DNA of 30,735 nt from contig JAEOSK010000029.1 of assembly GCA_016840405.1 (NCBI GenBank), positions 1 through 30,735 on the forward strand, given 5' to 3'. Of this stretch, positions 26,388 to 30,735 are shown in pieces. Positions within the stretch are counted from its first letter, which is position 1, and each line of letters begins with the position of its first letter. The notes below the pieces were generated by a model. It ran no database searches. It saw nothing but the letters and a program-made list of their open reading frames with translations, and was not told the DNA's origin. Made by a program: the position numbers and the translations under genes. The DNA comes from Candidatus Hermodarchaeum yapensis (lineage in GTDB: Archaea > Asgardarchaeota > Hermodarchaeia > Hermodarchaeales > Hermodarchaeaceae).

Positions 26388-27601
26388 ACTTCCTAGTAAA
26401 ACAATTCTCAAATTACTATCGCGATCATGGAAACGCCATTTTGCCCCCTTCCCAATTCGAAAACCGGGAATTCGCGTTCTTCTGGTTTTCACGTGAAGGT
26501 GCACTTCGACACACCAGTTTCGCCAACTTGGAAGAACTCATTCAATTCATGGGGAGAGAAGGTCCCGCTCATACATTTCATTCAGCTGCATACTACGAAA
26601 AGCCCGATGCCCCCCAAATGCCCCTCAAAGAATGGCGTGGAACGGATTTGGTTTTTGATATTGACGCAGATCACTTTGATTTACCATGCCAGAAACAGCA
26701 TGATATCTGGTGGTGTCTTGAATGCGGTCATCGTGACCACGGACGGCGACCTGATTTATGCCCCAAATGCAATGCCTCGCGACTTGATGAACTAAAATGG
26801 ATGTGCGATGAATGTTTGGCCAAGTCGAAAGAAGAAGCCATCAAAATCATCGAAAACTTCCTTGTGCCCGACTTTGGAATATCACGGTCAGAGATTATGA
26901 TAGTCTTCTCTGGGCACCGCGGGTATCATGTTCATAGTTACACATCCGAGATTTTGAGCCTTGGCTCTCAAGCTCGACGCGAAATTGTTGACTACATTTC
27001 TGGTACTGGTATTGATTTTCGGTCTCATGGCTTTGTTGATAATGCCTATGGTGTACCTAAAGGGCCAGATCCCCACTCGCCTGGATGGGAACGGAAAATC
27101 GCACAGGGCATTCGTTTCCTATTTCAGAACCCATCGCAATTACAGAAAATTCCTGGGCTTCGTGCCAATCAGGCACGCATTCTCCAAGAGGAAGCAAAAA
27201 CAATTAGCGAACATCTCATGGAAGAACCAGCTCGGTATATCACGCCTAAAGGTGTGGGGAGAAAAACGTGGAGTACCATTGCCCAATATGTCTTAGAATC
27301 GACAAGTGCCATTGTCGATGAACCCGTTACAACCGATATTCACCGACTTATTCGGCTTCCTGGCTCGCTCCATGGGAAAACCGGATTTATCGTTAAAAAG
27401 GTGGAGCTCTCTGCACTAGCGGATTTTGACCCTTTTCGACATGCACAAACCTTTCAGGGAACGATAACAGTCTCCATAAAGGATTCACCAGCTTTCACTC
27501 TGGGCAGTGTCCATTATCCACCAATGCGCGAAATTAAAAAGGAGCTTCCCCTCTCCGCAGCCATGTTACTTCTGTGTAAGGGAGTAGCTGAGATCACCTG
27601 A
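26369..27601 (+). CDS. priS: DNA primase catalytic subunit PriS
   Basis: REFAF, DLVFDIDAD, FSGHRGYHV, DEPVTTDIHRLIRLPGSLHGKTG; extra Zn ribbon insert. Confidence 0.96.
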   Translation: MAIKTLNFLVKQFSNYYRDHGNAILPPSQFENREFAFFWFSREGALRHTSFANLEELIQFMGREGPAHTFHSAAYYEKPDAPQMPLKEWRGTDLVFDIDADHFDLPCQKQHDIWWCLECGHRDHGRRPDLCPKCNASRLDELKWMCDECLAKSKEEAIKIIENFLVPDFGISRSEIMIVFSGHRGYHVHSYTSEILSLGSQARREIVDYISGTGIDFRSHGFVDNAYGVPKGPDPHSPGWERKIAQGIRFLFQNPSQLQKIPGLRANQARILQEEAKTISEHLMEEPARYITPKGVGRKTWSTIAQYVLESTSAIVDEPVTTDIHRLIRLPGSLHGKTGFIVKKVELSALADFDPFRHAQTFQGTITVSIKDSPAFTLGSVHYPPMREIKKELPLSAAMLLLCKGVAEIT

Positions 27602-27619
27602 TATTGGAGGAAAAACACT

Positions 27620-28183
27620 GTGTATAATGCTCTCCTGGAAAGATGGAAAGCTGAACGTGACACACCCGAGCTTCTTTCCTTACGGGACTCTTTCCTCCAA
27701 AATGTACGCGAATACGTGGAACAGGTTCTCGAGCAAAAAAGTTCAGAGGCCATTACGGACTTGCAACGGCAATTAGTCGAAACCGAGTTGGCCAATCTCC
27801 AGTTTATGATGAAAAGTCTCCTTCAGATGCGTATTCAGAAAATCTTGACATTACTTGTCAATCAAGCAGTGGATTATGATCTACTAACCCGTAATGAACG
27901 TCGTTTTGTTGATCAAGTATCTCGGAACCTCAATTCCGTCCTGATGCCTGCAGATGAACTTTTCACGCCATTGCAGTCAGAATCCTCGTCCCAACTACAA
28001 CTTGTACGTTTTCTCGAAGATCATCCTCAGCTTGTTGGAGTAGATTTAAAAACCTATGGACCATTCAGAGCCGATGACCTAGCGACGCTTCCTACTGAAA
28101 ACGCTCGGCTCATAATCCGAAAAAATCAAGCTGAACCTGTTTCCCTAGGAGAAATCCACCATGAAAGTTCCGAAGACCATTAA
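27620..28183 (+). CDS. GINS subunit (Gins51/GINS15 type)
   Basis: WKAE..ELLSL..SFL, MRIQKI, LTRNE, B-domain VRFLEDHPQLVGVDLKTYGPFRADDLATLP.ENA; synteny after priS. Confidence 0.9.
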   Translation: MYNALLERWKAERDTPELLSLRDSFLQNVREYVEQVLEQKSSEAITDLQRQLVETELANLQFMMKSLLQMRIQKILTLLVNQAVDYDLLTRNERRFVDQVSRNLNSVLMPADELFTPLQSESSSQLQLVRFLEDHPQLVGVDLKTYGPFRADDLATLPTENARLIIRKNQAEPVSLGEIHHESSEDH

Positions 28184-28436
28184 GACATACTGTGCGCGAT
28201 GTAAAACGCACAGAGAACATGCCGCTAGTTTATACAAGAAGGGTCGTGAGCGCGTACTTTCCGCTGGACGACGTCGGTATAACCGAAAAGAAGCAGGATA
28301 TGGCTCACAACCAAAACCCATCCAAAAAAGATTCTCAAAGGTTACAAAGAAACAATCTTTGCGCCTAAAATGCTCAGAATGCGGGCATGTCACTGTTCGT
28401 GAAGGCATTCGACTGAAGAAATTAGAATTAACCTAA
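28161..28436 (+). CDS. rpl44e: 50S ribosomal protein eL42 (L44e)
   Basis: MKVPKTIKTYC..CKTH, GRRRYNRK, GYGSQPKP, KVTKK, LKCSECG. Confidence 0.97.
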   Translation: MKVPKTIKTYCARCKTHREHAASLYKKGRERVLSAGRRRYNRKEAGYGSQPKPIQKRFSKVTKKQSLRLKCSECGHVTVREGIRLKKLELT

Positions 28437-28453
28437 CTTGGAGTGGAGATGTC

Positions 28454-28648
28454 GTGGCAAAAAAGAAAACTATCCCTGAACCAAAATCCCGATTTCTTCT
28501 CGTGAAATGCAAAGAATGTGAACACGAACAGACAGTGTTTGGATGGGCAACACGAAAAGTCATCTGCGATGTGTGTGGCAAACCCCTCACCGAACCCAGA
28601 GGTGGTAAAGCTCACATCATTGGAGAAGTCCTCCAAGAGCTAAGCTAA
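28454..28648 (+). CDS. rps27e: 30S ribosomal protein eS27
   Basis: PEPKSRFLLVKCKECEHEQTVF, CDVCG..LTEPRGGKA. Confidence 0.97.
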   Translation: MAKKKTIPEPKSRFLLVKCKECEHEQTVFGWATRKVICDVCGKPLTEPRGGKAHIIGEVLQELS

Positions 28649-28689
28649 TTCCTCCATTCAGCCCTATCCCACCTTCCAAGGTGATTTCC

Positions 28690-29496
28690 ATGGCAAAGGA
28701 CTCCCCAAACCCAGCATCTAAACGAAAACTTCCAGAAGTAGGCGACTTAGTCGTTGCTACAGTTAAGCGGATAACATCCCATGGTGCCTACTCCGAAATG
28801 GATGAATTCAACAATCAAGAATGCTTTATCCATATTTCAGAAATCGCATCAACTTGGGTACGCAATATTCGCAACTTCGTTCGAGAGAATCAAAAAATCG
28901 TGATCAAGGTCCTTCGCGTTGATCCAGAACGTCACCAAGTGGACACTTCATTGCGACGGGTAACTAAAGAACAAGGACGCATGAAAATCCAAGAATGGAA
29001 ACGGGCACAACGCGGCAGTAAACTCCTAGCTCTTGCCGCTGAAAAAATGAAAAAGACCCCCGAAGAAGCCTACCAGATTGCAGGGCAGCTAATGGAACAA
29101 CATTTTTCGGACCTGCTTGAAGCCTTGGAAGAAACAAAAGAAAAAGGATCCAAAGTGCTAACCGACCTTGGCATACCCAAGAAATGGGCTGACATACTAT
29201 TCGAACTGGCACAAGCACATGTTATTGTTCGCGAGGTCAGCGTTGAATCAACCATTGAACTCACCTGCCGTGGTCCTGAGGGCGTTGAAGGCGTTCGAAA
29301 AGCCCTTCTGGCTGCACAAGAACTCGTTATCCCTTCAGGAGGCGAAGTTTTTCTTGAAGGCGCTCCTCGGTATCGAATTCGCGTAAGTGGGAAAGATTAC
29401 AAACAGGCCGAACAAATTTTAGAACAAGCCCTTCAAGCCAGTCTAAAAACAATTAAAGAATCGGGCGGAGAAGGTCAAGTAGAAGCACGTACATAA
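28690..29496 (+). CDS. eif2a: Translation initiation factor 2 alpha subunit
   Basis: LPEVGDLVVATV, FIHISEIASTWVRNIR, KVLRVD, SLRRV, GAPRYRI. Confidence 0.97.
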   Translation: MAKDSPNPASKRKLPEVGDLVVATVKRITSHGAYSEMDEFNNQECFIHISEIASTWVRNIRNFVRENQKIVIKVLRVDPERHQVDTSLRRVTKEQGRMKIQEWKRAQRGSKLLALAAEKMKKTPEEAYQIAGQLMEQHFSDLLEALEETKEKGSKVLTDLGIPKKWADILFELAQAHVIVREVSVESTIELTCRGPEGVEGVRKALLAAQELVIPSGGEVFLEGAPRYRIRVSGKDYKQAEQILEQALQASLKTIKESGGEGQVEART

Positions 29497-29522
29497 TCAC
29501 TGGAAGGGTGTGCACAGCTGTA

Positions 29523-29723
29523 ATGACCAAACTTCTAAAGAAATGCAGTCAGTGCAACACTTACACACTTAATCAAGAACAATGCCCGACCTGCAAGGGC
29601 TCAGTAAAAAACGCCCATCCTGCTCGCTTTTCGATTGAGGATCGCTACGGCTCATATCGGCGAAAAATGAAAAAGAACCTACTTTCTTCGAATGATTCCA
29701 AGAAGAGCAAAGAAAGTTCGTAG
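29523..29723 (+). CDS. nop10: H/ACA RNP protein Nop10
   Basis: LLKKCSQCNTYTL...CPTC...AHPARFSIEDRYGSYRR; conserved position after eIF2alpha. Confidence 0.95.
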   Translation: MTKLLKKCSQCNTYTLNQEQCPTCKGSVKNAHPARFSIEDRYGSYRRKMKKNLLSSNDSKKSKESS

Positions 29724-30735
29724 TTATATTCAATTATTTCTTGACTGGGGAGCTGTACTCCATTTGGTATGATATGATTAGTTTCAGTGGGAGCGATTGG
29801 TGCTGGTGGCGTTTCTTGGACGACGATTGGAATTGTGACGTTCAGTCCTTCGTAATCTGCTAGTAGGCTTGCATAATACAGTGTTACCTCGATGGTATCC
29901 CCTGAATCCATAAGTAACTCGTATTCTGCTCCGTCAATCCAAATACCGAGTTTCTCACCAGTGAAAAGAAGTCGACCTTGGGTCAACTCCTCTCCTCTTA
30001 GGTAGATATCCACCGTTCCTTCAGAATCTGTAGCTCTGGCAATTGAGTCAATCGTAACATAACCTATTCCCGTGTTTTCGACTTCAACGTAAATCGTTCC
30101 GTTATCATATGCATAGGCATTTGAAGTGAGAGCGGTCAACTCATAATCGGGGGGTGACCGAACAGGAATACTTACACTAGCATTCAAAGGTGGAGTATAG
30201 CCGTCGGCAAATAGATTAAACTCGATGTCGGTTCCAATGGTGAAGTACACAGGAACGCGAATGGAGAGCATGACCGTTTCACCGGGTGCAACCGTTAAGT
30301 TACCAGATGTTGTTGTAATCCCTCGAGTCGCAATATCAGTGACATTGAACGTCTGGTAGGTTCCTGATTCAGCTTCCCAATACCTGATGGTCGCCTCGTC
30401 GAGGGTTAAGGGGTGAAGTCCAGTATTAGTGACTTCGACAATCACCTCGCTCATATCTTCAGAGCCGAAAAAGGTCGTGTCATTGTTGATAGCATAGGCA
30501 CTTGCACCCCCCAATTCCATGCTACTATCAAGCCACGTGTAGTTGCACTGATAAACTTTCATTAGCTGTGTCTGAGAGAAATACACGGGTGGAAAGACAC
30601 TGAAAATTGTTCTTGCGGGTTCAAGAGTCGGTTGAACTGGTAGACGTGATTGTCCAGCAGCATCCAATGGGGGCTGCATATATTGTTGAAATTCCCACAC
30701 AGAGGCATTCACCCAGAGCATATTGTAAATCATGG
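29645..30735 (-). CDS. C-terminal part of a large extracytoplasmic protein with Ig-like/CARDB-like repeats; possibly the tail of an AglB/STT3 oligosaccharyltransferase
   Basis: Two repeats VEVTNTGLHPLTLD / VEVENTGIGYVTID, acidic Thr-rich beta-strand composition, many NxS/T sequons. First segment MIYNML...FPPVYFSQTQLMKVYQCNY resembles AglB C-termini. 5' end lies outside the window. Confidence 0.55.
   Translation of the reverse strand, partial: MIYNMLWVNASVWEFQQYMQPPLDAAGQSRLPVQPTLEPARTIFSVFPPVYFSQTQLMKVYQCNYTWLDSSMELGGASAYAINNDTTFFGSEDMSEVIVEVTNTGLHPLTLDEATIRYWEAESGTYQTFNVTDIATRGITTTSGNLTVAPGETVMLSIRVPVYFTIGTDIEFNLFADGYTPPLNASVSIPVRSPPDYELTALTSNAYAYDNGTIYVEVENTGIGYVTIDSIARATDSEGTVDIYLRGEELTQGRLLFTGEKLGIWIDGAEYELLMDSGDTIEVTLYYASLLADYEGLNVTIPIVVQETPPAPIAPTETNHIIPNGVQLPSQEIIEYNYELSLLFLESFEESRFFFIFRRYEP

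Noticed and set aside
28820-28870. eIF2alpha Ser51-type phosphoregulation site
   Set aside because: The sequence SEIASTW is the ordinary archaeal form, with Ala at the Ser51-equivalent position.
557-29386. Numerous antisense or alternate-frame ORFs in the track (e.g. 557-982, 12023-12451, 15476-15970, 22978-23658)
   Set aside because: Shadow ORFs overlapping well-supported conserved genes, with no motifs.
1-30735. CRISPR arrays, tRNA or rRNA genes, transposase genes
   Set aside because: No regularly spaced repeats, no cloverleaf/T-loop signatures in the short intergenic gaps and no transposase ORFs were seen.

Overview
Archaeal chromosomal window. It most likely comes from Asgard archaea, with TACK/Bathyarchaeia not excluded; this is inferred from gene content and the eukaryote-type eIF5A motif GKHGHAK. 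About 40 CDSs, almost all information-processing genes: truD, pth2, tfs, rpoL, csl4, METTL5-like, rpl10e, DRG-like GTPase, hemK, ksgA, DUF655, rpoF, rpl21e, pus10, trmY-like, srp54, dys, eIF5A, nob1, EF-1beta, cdc48, and an RPA14-like-PCNA-priL-priS-GINS-rpl44e-rps27e-eIF2alpha-nop10 cluster, plus enolase, a geranylgeranyl reductase and NAD kinase. Two non-core elements stand out. (1) A 439-aa LAGLIDADG intein with Ser1/Ser+1 junctions and an extra HTH sits in the D1 sensor-1 motif of CDC48. (2) A ~230-nt GC-rich, highly structured non-coding segment with a candidate TATA box lies antisense between a short DUF2067-like gene and rpoL. Its 3' end resembles an IS200/IS605 (TnpB) right end/omega-RNA, but no tnpB gene is present. 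Several core proteins show motif deviations (TrmY-like, PriL, NAD kinase, DRG-like). All calls come from motif recognition and synteny; no searches were run.
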